Positions 22,559-32,777 of a DNA stretch of 32,777 nucleotides are shown piece after piece. Position numbers and translations under genes: made by a program. The notes beneath the pieces are model-generated. The model saw only the letters and a list, made by a program, of their open reading frames with translations, did no database searches and was not told where the DNA came from. The number at the start of each line of letters is the position of its first letter. The first letter of the stretch is position 1. Location of the stretch: NCBI GenBank assembly GCA_000934665.2, contig JYFJ02004346.1:1-32777 (forward strand), given 5' to 3'. The stretch comes from Catajapyx aquilonaris. Lineage: Eukaryota.

Positions 22559-22681
22559 GTGAGTTTGTTGGGATTTATTAGTTTTTTATTGATATACAGT
22601 ATATATTTTAAACAATAATCTAATATATTAACAATTTTGATGTAGGGTACTCTTTGCCTCACAGTATTATTAACATTACTA

Positions 22682-22926
22682 GGGCAACACGGTGGTCTAG
22701 TGGTTAGCTCCACAGCCTCCCACCTCTAAGGTCCCGAGTTCGATCCTTGGGTCGGACAGAGGATTCTTATGTGAGTCGAGTTTCGATGGGTTCTCTCTCC
22801 ATTCGCGTGAGTTTTCTCAAGGTTCTCCCGTTTCCTCCCACAATCAAAATCCATCACAGTGTGGGCAAATGATTCAAGCCCAAGGAGGCCTATCACGGGG
22901 TATCCATTATTATTATTGTTGTTATT
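22682..22926 (+). mobile_element. tRNA-derived SINE, family B (V-domain-like core)
   Basis: A box TGGTCTAGTGG, B box AGTTCGATCC, homologous to 4399-4665, imperfect TSD ACAGTATTAT(T/C)AACAT. Confidence 0.88.
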
Positions 22927-23052
22927 ACAGTATTATCAACATCAGTGAAACCTTTCATTGAGGTGAAATAAATTGAATTGAATATAGTATTATGAACATG
23001 TTGTTGCTCATTACTTTCTGAATTCAATTAAATAATGTTCCTCTTTTGTCAG

Positions 23053-23086
23053 GCATTGTGTGAGACCAAAAAGAGTTAGCACTTAA
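23053..23086 (+). CDS. Putative terminal exon of the orphan ORF (R-HCVRPKRVST*)
   Basis: Acceptor TTCCTCTTTTGTCAG| read in phase 2 gives a short frame to TAA at 23084-23086, with AATAAA at 23103-23108. Confidence 0.33.
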
Positions 23087-24045
23087 CTTTTTCTACCTTA
23101 TGAATAAAAATAGCCTACTGGTTATAATATGGAGTGTTTTTATTCAATGTAACCATGTTAGTACTAATATTCATTAACAATGTAGTGCGAACTTCTTGAT
23201 ATTATTTGGCATACAAGTGAAACACACTAAGTCTTATTTTGGCGGTTTTTTGTTATATACATCAATAAGTAGCATTTTTTGTGCTCTATTGCCTGGTGAA
23301 ATCCATTTAGTCCACAATATTCATAAGGAGCCAGCAAGCCAGGATTTCCTGTCTTGACTGGCGTTTTAACAAGTGCAAGGTAAAATCTTTGCCTTCGATT
23401 ATTATCTCCACACTCTTTTGGACTTTTGTGTGTTTTCGCTTGTATGCTGATGATATCAATTTATTATGAACTGATTTGCATGAGTCAGGAATTGTATCAC
23501 CCCAAATGATAGATAAAACAGTGATTATATGCATGGTGAATGATACCATCCTAAAAGCACTGATACTGCACATGGATTGGTGCAGCCAAATTTACAGACC
23601 AAAATGGTCAATCATAATATATTATGGTTCAAAATCATTAAAAACAGAACATTTCTTGTTGCATTGTGTCTTCCCTTCATCAGACTTAATAAAAAACACA
23701 TGCTAGAGGCAAACTGAAGGCAGAAAGAAATATTATTAAAATTTCCTCTAATTACATCTAGCAAGCATCTAGGAAAGATTTTATCAAAAAGGGTGGCAGG
23801 CGCAAGGGAAATGGAATTATGTGCGGCAAAATTTTCAAAATGTTGCCACCTTTCCCTGGCCTGTGACTAATACGATAAGAAGCCCAGGAACCATGCATGT
23901 ACTGTACCATGAGGCTACCTACTTGCACTCTTGAGTGGTGGTCCTTGTCATCTGTAAGAGCAGAATAGCTGCCAAAATACTAAGACTGGTGTATTTTGCC
24001 TGCTAGATTGAACTGACCATCACCATTTAGGAAAGTTTGTTTGCA

Positions 24046-24048
<3 letters not shown>

Positions 24049-24120
<72 letters not shown>

Positions 24121-24400
24121 TAATATCTTACCCCGTTATCAGCCTTTTTCGGCTCTTTAGGGGGGATTTTTGTTTTGTCTGGAACTCTTGCGTACATTTT
24201 TACTTTGCTTTTTGGGATAGGATAGGGAAGGAAGGAGGCGGCTGTGGCCTATTAATTTAGGAAATAACTCCGGAATTCTCCTGGAGGGACCCTGGGAAAC
24301 CACAGAAAACCACGGTTAGAGTTGCCGGCCCCGGGGCTCGAACCCAGGACCTCCCGATTAGCAGTCGGACCCTATAGCCACTCCACCAAACTGCTTCGGT
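24049..24400 (-). mobile_element. tRNA-derived SINE, family C (tRNA-Ser-like head, Lm1/Talua-like core), long (ATT)n tail
   Basis: Minus strand: TGGTGGAGTGG, GACTGCTAATC, GGTTCGAGCCC, core GTGGTTTTCTGTGGTTTCCC...AGGCCACAGCCGCCTCCTTCC. Perfect TSD GTTTGTTTGCAGTA (24035-24048/24401-24414). Confidence 0.9.
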
Positions 24401-24480
24401 GTTTGTTTGCAGTATGGACCAGTGCTTTTAGGAATTCCCAGTATACCTACGTACATATTTGGATATTTCTAGCTGTCGGT

Positions 24481-24615
24481 CTCGTGTGCTTGTGACATTG
24501 CGCGAGTGCACGTTAAAGATCCCCGGAGTGGTCAAATTTCCAGGAGGAGGACCACCCCCTGGAGTCGGTGTTGAGCCTAGCGGCAGAAATAGGCCGACGT
24601 TAAGCCCCCACTAAA
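24481..24615 (+). mobile_element. Headless SINE fragment with Nin/Deu-like core
   Basis: GTGCACGTTAAAGATCCCCGGAGTGGTCAAATTTCC...GACGTTAAGCCCC resembles the Nin-domain SINE core as I recall it (e.g. tick Ruka-type). No A/B boxes or TSD seen. Confidence 0.55.
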
Positions 24616-25526
24616 GCATTGTCTAGGTGAAATCTAGTTGTTAGTGTGCGATCATGAGAATCATGCTCCTAGCAACTGAACTGCAGTTCACACCTTTATT
24701 ATGAGTTAACGTTTTAATCCTGATCTTCACAGACTTATTCAAGCCCAGCCTTCTCCAACAGGAATCATTCCATTCCGGTCCCAAAGTATCACAGATCTGC
24801 AGTCAGTCACTATCCCAGGAACCCCGAGTGCAATGGAAGATCATGACAATTGTTTAGAGACAAATGGTCAATCAGGCATGGGAGAAGGTCATGTGCCTGG
24901 TTGTATCATACCAGCAGAGCAGCAAACGGAAGATATGTGTGATACAGAGTGATGCAAAAACTGTAACCCACTTATTGCGTCATCACTGATCTTCCTTATA
25001 CCAATTTCGGACACAATATTGCCATGAACAGCTACCTTAGTGTCTAATTACCCCTAGATTTTTAAATTTGACATATACAGTATAAAGGAAATACCATATT
25101 GCCACTAAGTAGTCAACCACCTCCAAGGTCAATATAAAGAATCCCCTTATACAAACTTTTTTCCCTAAAGATGTAATAAAAATGTTTGAACATTGGCAAC
25201 AGCATCATGTCTATAACACCCATTTAAAATGTATCTTGCTATGGCAATAATTTTGCTAACCAGTATTCCACTGTACATGAAGGCACCAAATGGAACATGT
25301 TTATTTCAGTTCCCAGAACTTTAGTTGAATTTCAGAAGCCTTGGACCATCTCCTCCCCATGTGGGTCTTGTACTGAACTATGGGATGAAACTGACCAACT
25401 TATTTTTATTTCTCAAAAGAGCCTCAATTTTAACTTGTTGATTGTATTATACTGACAAAAGAAGGAGTAAGTGATGGGCAACTGCCTGTATTGACATGCC
25501 CATGATACCAGGTTCTGATAAATTGA

Positions 25527-26248
25527 TACAAGGGTCATTCAAATGAAATCATGCCAAGGTCATAGCAAACTGACGAATTGGTTTCACATGGCATCTTCTA
25601 CAGAAAATGAAGGTGGTACTGGTGTATGATCCACTGACAGGTGGAGATTATGACATGATAGGTGATACAATGGCAGTGTGCATCTGTTCAGGACCACCTG
25701 TGAAAAATACCACCCGTAAGATATCGAATCATGGAACGTTGAGCATCTTGTGCTAATCCTTTTTTGAATTGCTGAAGTTGTTGGGAGAACAGAAATCCGT
25801 CAATGTATGAGTGCAGTGTACCAAAACCACATGTCTTTGTCACGTGTTAAAGCCTGAAGTGGTTTGCCTTCTCTGGCCTGGAATCACCAGTCAACGACGA
25901 CCTCTTTTCTTGGACCCCTTACTCCAGGCTTTAACATGCAGTTTTCATACATAGTACTCAAACAGCAATGGATTTCTGTTCTCCCAACAACTTCCGTAGT
26001 TCAAAAACGGATTACCGCTCGCTGCTCAACGTTCCTTATTGCTTCCATATCTGACTAGACAGCCTTTTTGACACTAGGTCCTGAACAAAGGGAGACTGCA
26101 ACTGTGTCACATGATCAAATCACCATCTGTCAGTGCATCATATCATAACACTACACTGGTATCACTTTCCTTTTGTGTGGAAGATGCCACAAGCAACCAA
26201 TTCAGCAATTGCTAGGACCTTGGCCAGTTTTCATTTGAATGACCCGTA
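25527..26248. mobile_element. Palindromic mariner derivative made of two inverted 5' ends
   Basis: TACAAGGGTCATTCAAATGAAA...TTTCATTTGAATGACCCGTA. Both arms carry a decayed transposase N-terminus (NVEQRAVIRF*TTEVVGRTEIH on the minus strand; the same region on the plus strand at ~25730-25860). Confidence 0.8.
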
Positions 26249-26453
26249 TATGTGGTATAGTCAGAGAATCGATGGAGTTGCAATACTGATGTCAGCAATG
26301 TTAGCAAAATATATTGCCCAAATGGAAATAAATGATGTATTTATGAGTTCTGCTACAGTAGTCCTATATTTTTTTATTATTTAAAAAATTTAATAATACT
26401 CATTGGGGAAAATCCGAGTAGTCCTCTAAAGCCTATTTTGCAAATCTTCTTAA

Positions 26454-27361
26454 CCCCTTGACACTTGAGCCCCAGCTATACCCGCCAGCGCCTAGTTTTC
26501 CTCTTATGAGTACTCTGAAGATACGGACAAGATATTTTACACAAAATAACAGCTATACTTACCTGATCACGGAAAACACTATGAATGTGTCTGGAACAAT
26601 TTTCGTCGTCTAGAAGTCTCTAAATGAGTTTCCAAAAATATCGCTGTAAAACTCGAAATTCGAGTACTTCCAGCCAACTACTTGGCTGATTTAATTATGA
26701 AATACGTTAAAATACACTGAATAACAATATTGAGAATAGTGCCAGACGAAATTGCTGAAATCGTCATTCTTTGGGAGAAATAAATTATTTCTGATCTGTG
26801 GTTTTCCTGTTACTTCGGAAATCTCCCTAATTCTTTTATTTTTCGCGAAGTACGACGATTTCAGCAACTTTGTCTGGCAAGGTTCTCAAGGTTAATATTA
26901 CGTATATTTTAATGTATTTCATCATTAAATCAGCCTAACAGTTGGCTGGCAGTTCTCGAATTTCGAGTTTTTTACAGTGATCTTTTTGGAAATTAATTTA
27001 GGAACTTCTAGAGGAGGAAAATTGTTCCAAACACATTGATAGCATTTTCAAGGAACATGTAAGTATAGGTGTTATTATTTTGTAAAATATATTGTCCTTA
27101 TCTTCAGAGTATGTGTAAGGGCAAATCTAGGTGGTGGCCTAATGGTTCGCCAGTAGTAATTGAATTTCAAGTTATTACTTAATTTAGGAACTTCTAGACC
27201 AGGAAAATAGTTTCCAAGATAATTATGTCATGTTTTCCCTGAACGTGTAAGTATACCTCTGTTATTATTGTAAAATATCTTATTTTTAAATCTTCAGAGT
27301 AAATGTAAATTTAACAGTAATGAAAATCTATGCGGTGGCGGTATAGCTGGGGCTCAAGGGG
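26454..27361. mobile_element. piggyBac-like palindromic MITE with an internal ~150-bp duplication in the right arm
   Basis: TTAA|CCCCTTGA...GCCCCAGCTATACC and GGTATAGCTGGGGCTCAAGGGG|TTAA, with long inverted arms. AATTTAGGAACTTCTAGA...CTTCAGAGTA occurs twice (~26995 and ~27181). Confidence 0.85.
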
Positions 27362-27719
27362 TTAATAGGATGTGCTTTCCTGCACAACTGGTAATCAGAT
27401 GATGGCAACTCATCATACAAGCATCACTTACAGAACAATATGGGATAACCAACACTGTCCCAGTGATGGAAGGCAGGGTATGCAGTAATTGCTATGTATT
27501 AAGTAAATTGGTATGTGTTAATGTTTTGAGACTTTGAGGCCCAAGTAGAAATTCTCCATCAATTAAAATGCAGGCCCAGTGAAAGACAACAGGATTAGCA
27601 TGCACCTCTTGCAATCACATCATAATATTGCTGACTTTATGGGACAAATTTTGCCTGAACATCACACAATATTGCACTCTTTGTTTACTACCACATGTGA
27701 TTGTATCACACACACATAG

Positions 27720-28012
27720 TAATAATAATTAATAATTCATACCCCGTTATCAGCCTATCGGCTCTTTAGGGGGGAAGTTATTTTGTTTTGCCTGGACTCT
27801 TTGCTTTCATTTTACTGCGCTTTATGGGATAGGATAGGGACGGAAGGAAGCGGCTGTGGCCTATTAATTACGGAAGCAACTCCAGAATTTTCCTGGAAGG
27901 ACTGTGGGAAACCACAGAAAACCACGGTCAGAGTTGCCAGCCCCGGGATTTGATCCCAGGACCTCCCGATTAGCAGTCGGACACCATATCCCCTACTCCA
28001 AACTGCTTCGGT
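27720..28012 (-). mobile_element. tRNA-derived SINE, family C
   Basis: Homologous to 24049-24400, with a perfect 21-bp TSD GATTGTATCACACACACATAG (27699-27719/28013-28033). Confidence 0.9.
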
Positions 28013-28224
28013 GATTGTATCACACACACATAGCTTGATCAAATGAAAATAAATCAATAGAAATCAATAATAAATAGCATGCAGAAAGCTATATCAACTT
28101 CAACCTATATTGCGATGATGGTTATGTGGCTCATGTAGTCTTCTTCAGGGATTTGGTCTACCATTACATGCTGGTCTTCATGAATAAGCTCATCCACTTT
28201 TGCAATAATGGCGTCTGTCACCTA

Positions 28225-28380
28225 TGCACATACTTCACCAAATTGCTTGTGCCTCTCGGCTACTCTTGCAAGTGACACGTAATGTTTTCCATACACACCG
28301 TTGTCAATACCTCCTGTTCCTACTGCTGTCAGAAATGGGACTACACCTCTCTGTTCCTCCTTTGATGCATCCATATCTGC
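28225..28380 (-). mobile_element. Decayed mariner transposase N-terminal fragment
   Basis: MDASKEEQRGVVPFLTAVGTGG...VYGKHYVSLARVAERHKQF resembles the mariner first HTH with an internal deletion. Ends not found. Confidence 0.65.
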
Positions 28381-28887
28381 TTGGGCAGCACCTACACTGC
28401 AGGTTGCTTCACATTTGGTTGCATGATGCGACATCTGCTCCTTCACGTGTATTATTATAGATTTGGAGGGTATCCCTGTCAATCGATTCAATGGATTCAA
28501 CACAGGTTAAAATATTGTAAAATTTAATGACCATAACATGTACTCTACATGTAAAGTACCACCTATTACAAATAACTACTAAAAAATTAATTTACATCTT
28601 TTTCAGAATACAGTTTCTAACAATATTTCAAGAAACTCACTCTTTATTCACATTCTCTTCTTTCATACCGTAAGAGAGAATTCTATTTGTAGCATTATTA
28701 TTGCTCCTCAGGTACTAAATAACATCTGACTTTACACGAAAAGAAAATTAAGAGGAGCATGAACAATAATGCTTCAATGGTTCAACTGTGTCCATTCATA
28801 GAATAATATCATTGCAAAAATGAAACAAATGATACATCATAGCCACAGTTAGAGTACCATAATGCTGTTGTTACACTTGATCAGGTA

Positions 28888-29091
28888 CAGTCCCGAGCAT
28901 AAAGTTGGAGACGGTAGGCCACCCCTTCGGCAGGGTGCTCTGCCAATCCCTGCCATTACTGTATCAAATATATGGTTATAAATACACGAACACGAGCAGT
29001 TAACTCAGTCCAAAAATAGTCAATTAATTTGAGTAGGATAAAGGAAGGTCAAAGAAGGCCTGCAGCGTCTCCCACTTTATGCTCGGGACTG
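28888..29091. mobile_element. Tc1-like MITE
   Basis: TA|CAGTCCCGAGCATAAAGT(T)GGGAGACG...CGTCTCCCACTTTATGCTCGGGACTG|TA. Confidence 0.9.
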
Positions 29092-29995
29092 TACATCCAA
29101 TTGAAAAACTAGTCTCACAGCTGATTGTTAATGACTATTTACCAAGGATCATTCTGTGTTATGTTGGTATAATGGAATTTTCCAGTTGGGAAGGACAGTT
29201 GGGAGGAACATCTGACAGATAACAATGCAGCTGCAAACTATTAAGTTTGCTGTTGAGCTGGCAAACTGAATCATTGACTAGCACTGTACATAAAAGTTAA
29301 ATGGAATCACTGATAGGGAAGGTTGGAAATACTGTCCTTAAATGCAGTGAACATCAGTGATGGTCAACATTCAACAGCATTTGGAATATAATTCAGGAAT
29401 ATTCTAGTGATTTTTATTTTATTTTAATGGGGGTGAAATGTGAGTAGAATTGCAATGAATGAGACAAATTGGTCACAAATTGGAAGACTGGGAAAGTGAA
29501 TACCAGTGGTTCCAGGTATGGCCAAAATTCGATGCAATAGGGAATGAATTTGTAAATTGACATACATGTGCAATGTAAAATGAATACAAATTGAAGAAAA
29601 TGAAATTGGCACAAAATTTAATGACTGACAAATGGAATGACAATGAATGATATAAAGTGCCCATAAATTAATATGAATTATTATTTCACTTCGAAGAGAA
29701 TGGTACCCATCTCTGACTACATATTTGAGCATGTTGGACAGGCTAATGCAGTATCTAGAATAGCAAGTGTAACAGCATTAAGAAAGACATTTCCCATGGT
29801 AGGCACATTAAATATCATGAGAAATATATGGGAACTGATAGGATGGAGATTCACACATCGTTGGCAACAAGGAGAAAGGGCGAATATACCATTTTTCAGA
29901 AAATGGCGAAAATGTATATTTTAAGGTGAAATCACCCACAGAAGGTTTTGGTGAAAGGATAGATGTGTAGGTGGAACAGTGCATATACAGTGATA

Positions 29996-30652
<657 letters not shown>

Positions 30653-30724
30653 TACGAGATTTGTGAGGACCGCGAGGGCCAGTCCAAACAAATTGAGACT
30701 GATTTTTCATTGCGTAAAGAGAAT

Positions 30725-31540
30725 TAATAATAATAATATATCCGGGGTAGTGCTGCCCTCATCAGAGGTATACAGGGTGTTTACGACCTAACTTTACAAA
30801 CTTCTAGGGGTAATAGAGGGGACCAAGACAAACATTTTTGACATAGGAAACCGTGTCCGGAAACGCCATCTAGAGGGGGTTCATAGACGAGGAACGGGTG
30901 CGCTCAGACGCATCACGCGAGAGGCGCAAGTCGAGCGGACTGTTTTGTTGATAGATGGCGCGCAGTTGTTGCCAGGTTATGGCGTATCGCGTCGTTGTAA
31001 GTAAACAACAACACGATACGCCATAACCTGGCAACAACAGAACCGCTGTTGACTATCCGCGCGTCTCCTAGGAGGAGGACTTTAGTTGGTAGATGGCTCT
31101 GTGGTTGCCACGTTATGGCACATCACAATCTTGTTTACTATCTGAGCGCCATCTATCAACAAAACAGTCCGCTCGCCTAGCGCCTCACGCGTGACGAGTC
31201 TGAGCGCACCCGTTCCTCGTCTATGAACCCCCTCTAGATGGCGTTTCCGGACACGGTTTCCTATGTCAAAAATGTTTGTCTTGGTCCCTTCTATCATCCC
31301 TAGAAGTTTGTAAAGTTAGGTCGTAAACACCCTGTATAGCACAGACCTCTATTTATTTATGTCGTGTACATTGGAGCCTTTATACGTAACGCCCGGGCCC
31401 ACGGGCAGGATGACAGGAGGGGATGTGCAAGGTGCAGTGCAATGTCCTTGTGTGGCCATTTTTAGTGAACTCCCCCAGGTGGTTTAGTCTATTGGAAATA
31501 CCACCCGAGACGAAGCCAGAGGTGACCCTGAACTCCAGTT
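30725..31540 (-). mobile_element. SINE family E, head missing, tail split by a MITE
   Basis: 31388-31535 is the reverse complement of ~10478-10616. The tail GGTCTGTGCTA|TACC...GCACTACCCC-(ATT)n is restored once 30773-31334 is removed. Confidence 0.8.
30773..31334. mobile_element. Young Tc1/mariner-superfamily MITE with ~190-bp TIRs
   Basis: TA|CAGGGTGTTTACGACCTAACTTTACAAACTTCTAGGG...CCCTAGAAGTTTGTAAAGTTAGGTCGTAAACACCCTG|TA. The arms are nearly identical, and there is an internal perfect 25-bp inverted repeat (30965-30989/31014-31038). Confidence 0.93.
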
Positions 31541-32219
31541 AACTCCAGGGGAGAGGCAGATGCGGGTGGAGCTCTGCAAAAAGTTGCAACGACTCTTGGC
31601 CGAACATGGTGACCAGTATCTGCTGTTCACAATCTTACCATGTCATAGACCTCTGTGGCTGTTTTATTCAAATGGAAGCAAAACCTCAACATTGAATATT
31701 GGTCCTCACCGGCAACCTCCTGCCAGAGCGGAGGCAAATGTGAACCTGGGTCTACTTCCGGTGTCAGAATTGCTTGGGATAGTGGAATATTTGAACAAGA
31801 ATTGGTGTTCTAATACTTCAATCAATACTGGACACGATGCCATTCACTGCGAGTCATGAACTAATTATTATCTTTGTCACATAAAAAATCAGTCTCAATT
31901 TATTTTGACTCACTCTCATATGTTCAACCTATTTTTGCCTCTCCTGTAAAATTTATAAAACGGTCTATTCGCCCTTTCTCCTTAATGCCGACGACATGTT
32001 CCATAGTTTGGCAGCTTGTCATGTTTTGTACAAATACATGCAAATGATTAGAGTGCTCAATGCATATATTGTTGGCAGTTCATAGACATCTGAATTGCAC
32101 TGCTTTTTCCCTTATTTAAAATGGTAGTGGTGATTTGTCTGGCCAGCAGTAAATGGAGGGACTCTGTAGAGCTTGACAAAGTAGCCCCACTTCTCTCAAA
32201 TCCACTACCATTCCTTCTT

Positions 32220-32420
32220 CTACCCCTTCTCTTTCGCTCCCATCCTCCTCCTGATAATGGCCTTCAGATGATACCTTAATGCTGACCTCACGCTGTAAAA
32301 TTCTGGCTCCACATCCTCCTTTGCCACATTGAGAAGTTTCACAGGAGGATTTAATGACTCCCCTGCACGGCATACACGTTTTCTTGCATATTCCATGCTA
32401 GTATCCTTCAATGAGCGCTT
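32220..32420 (-). CDS. Candidate terminal coding exon of an unidentified upstream minus-strand gene
   Basis: Strong acceptor CTCCTTTTTCACTTTCTCAG| (32421). Only the phase-0 frame stays open: KRSLKDTSMEYARKRVCRAGESLNPPVKLLNVAKEDVEPEFYSVRSALRYHLKAIIRRRMGAKEKG*. Composition is exon-like and purine-rich; no recognised domain. Confidence 0.3.
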   Translation of the reverse strand, partial: KRSLKDTSMEYARKRVCRAGESLNPPVKLLNVAKEDVEPEFYSVRSALRYHLKAIIRRRMGAKEKG

Positions 32421-32777
32421 CTGAGAAAGTGAAAAAGGAGTAGCTAATCAGACCACACAAGCCACTAATGAAAGCCAGGTCTTAAGGGAGCACTACAGTT
32501 AAAATCAAGGGTTGTGTACAAAAATCGCAAAAAAAAAAAAAATCATTAGAGACAAGAAGTTGGGACTTCATTTTCATGAATGTACTATATCGCCCAAAAA
32601 GATAGAGACAATTTTGCATTTGACTCAAGTGCAACTTGCACTTGAATCAAATGCCAATCGTCTCTATCTTTTTGAGCGATATAGTACTTGCCCAACTGCA
32701 TGGTAATTCGCTCACCCTGAACATTTGCACCATAGATGAGCAGAAACCCACCAATGCGCGAAATTATTGAAGACACA

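Larger units (their letters stand above)
30673..31918 (+). mobile_element. Degenerate mariner element interrupted by a SINE and a MITE
   Basis: TIRs CGAGGGCCAGTCCAAACAAATTGAGACTGATTTTT and AAAAATCAGTCTCAATTTATTTTGACTCACTCTCA|TA. RVELCKKLQRLLAEHGDQYL (31563) resembles the helix preceding the mariner TGDE motif. Confidence 0.65.

Noticed and set aside
23420..24030. CFRLYADDI, an RT YADD-like motif on the + strand at ~23431-23457
   Set aside because: Possibly an ancient CR1/L2 remnant, but the surrounding frame is closed and unrecognisable, so it is not called.

Overview
Eukaryotic, AT-rich, repeat-dense genomic DNA from an arthropod, probably an insect (inferred from the protein and SINE types). 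The left half carries a minus-strand, six-coding-exon RalA-binding protein 1 gene (RalBP1/RLIP76/Rlip; RhoGAP fold + Ral-binding domain + coiled coil): join(complement) 14247-14073, 6052-5561, 4360-4244, 4016-3409, 2876-2376, 1443-1129. All introns are GT-AG with consistent phases, giving about 735 aa if the stop at 1129 is terminal. The gene has a Lys in place of the GAP arginine finger, a 30-bp coding minisatellite and a 3-codon uORF. Introns and upstream DNA are packed with mobile elements: several tRNA-derived SINE families that share 3' tail motifs and carry V-like, Nin-like and Lm1/Talua-like cores, an intact-frame 5'-truncated LINE, and mariner, pogo/Tigger, hAT, Harbinger, piggyBac and Chapaev-like non-autonomous elements. 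Two multi-level transposon nests lie at 10.3-13.3 kb and 29.9-32.0 kb. The least explained features are a plus-strand, apparently spliced, Ser/Thr-rich orphan ORF (21873-23086) with a Cys-rich ORF upstream, an intact CENP-B-type HTH micro-ORF in a pogo derivative, and a candidate terminal exon of another minus-strand gene at 32.2-32.4 kb. I found no prokaryote-type system and no CRISPR array. All family assignments come from manual motif recognition, not database searches.
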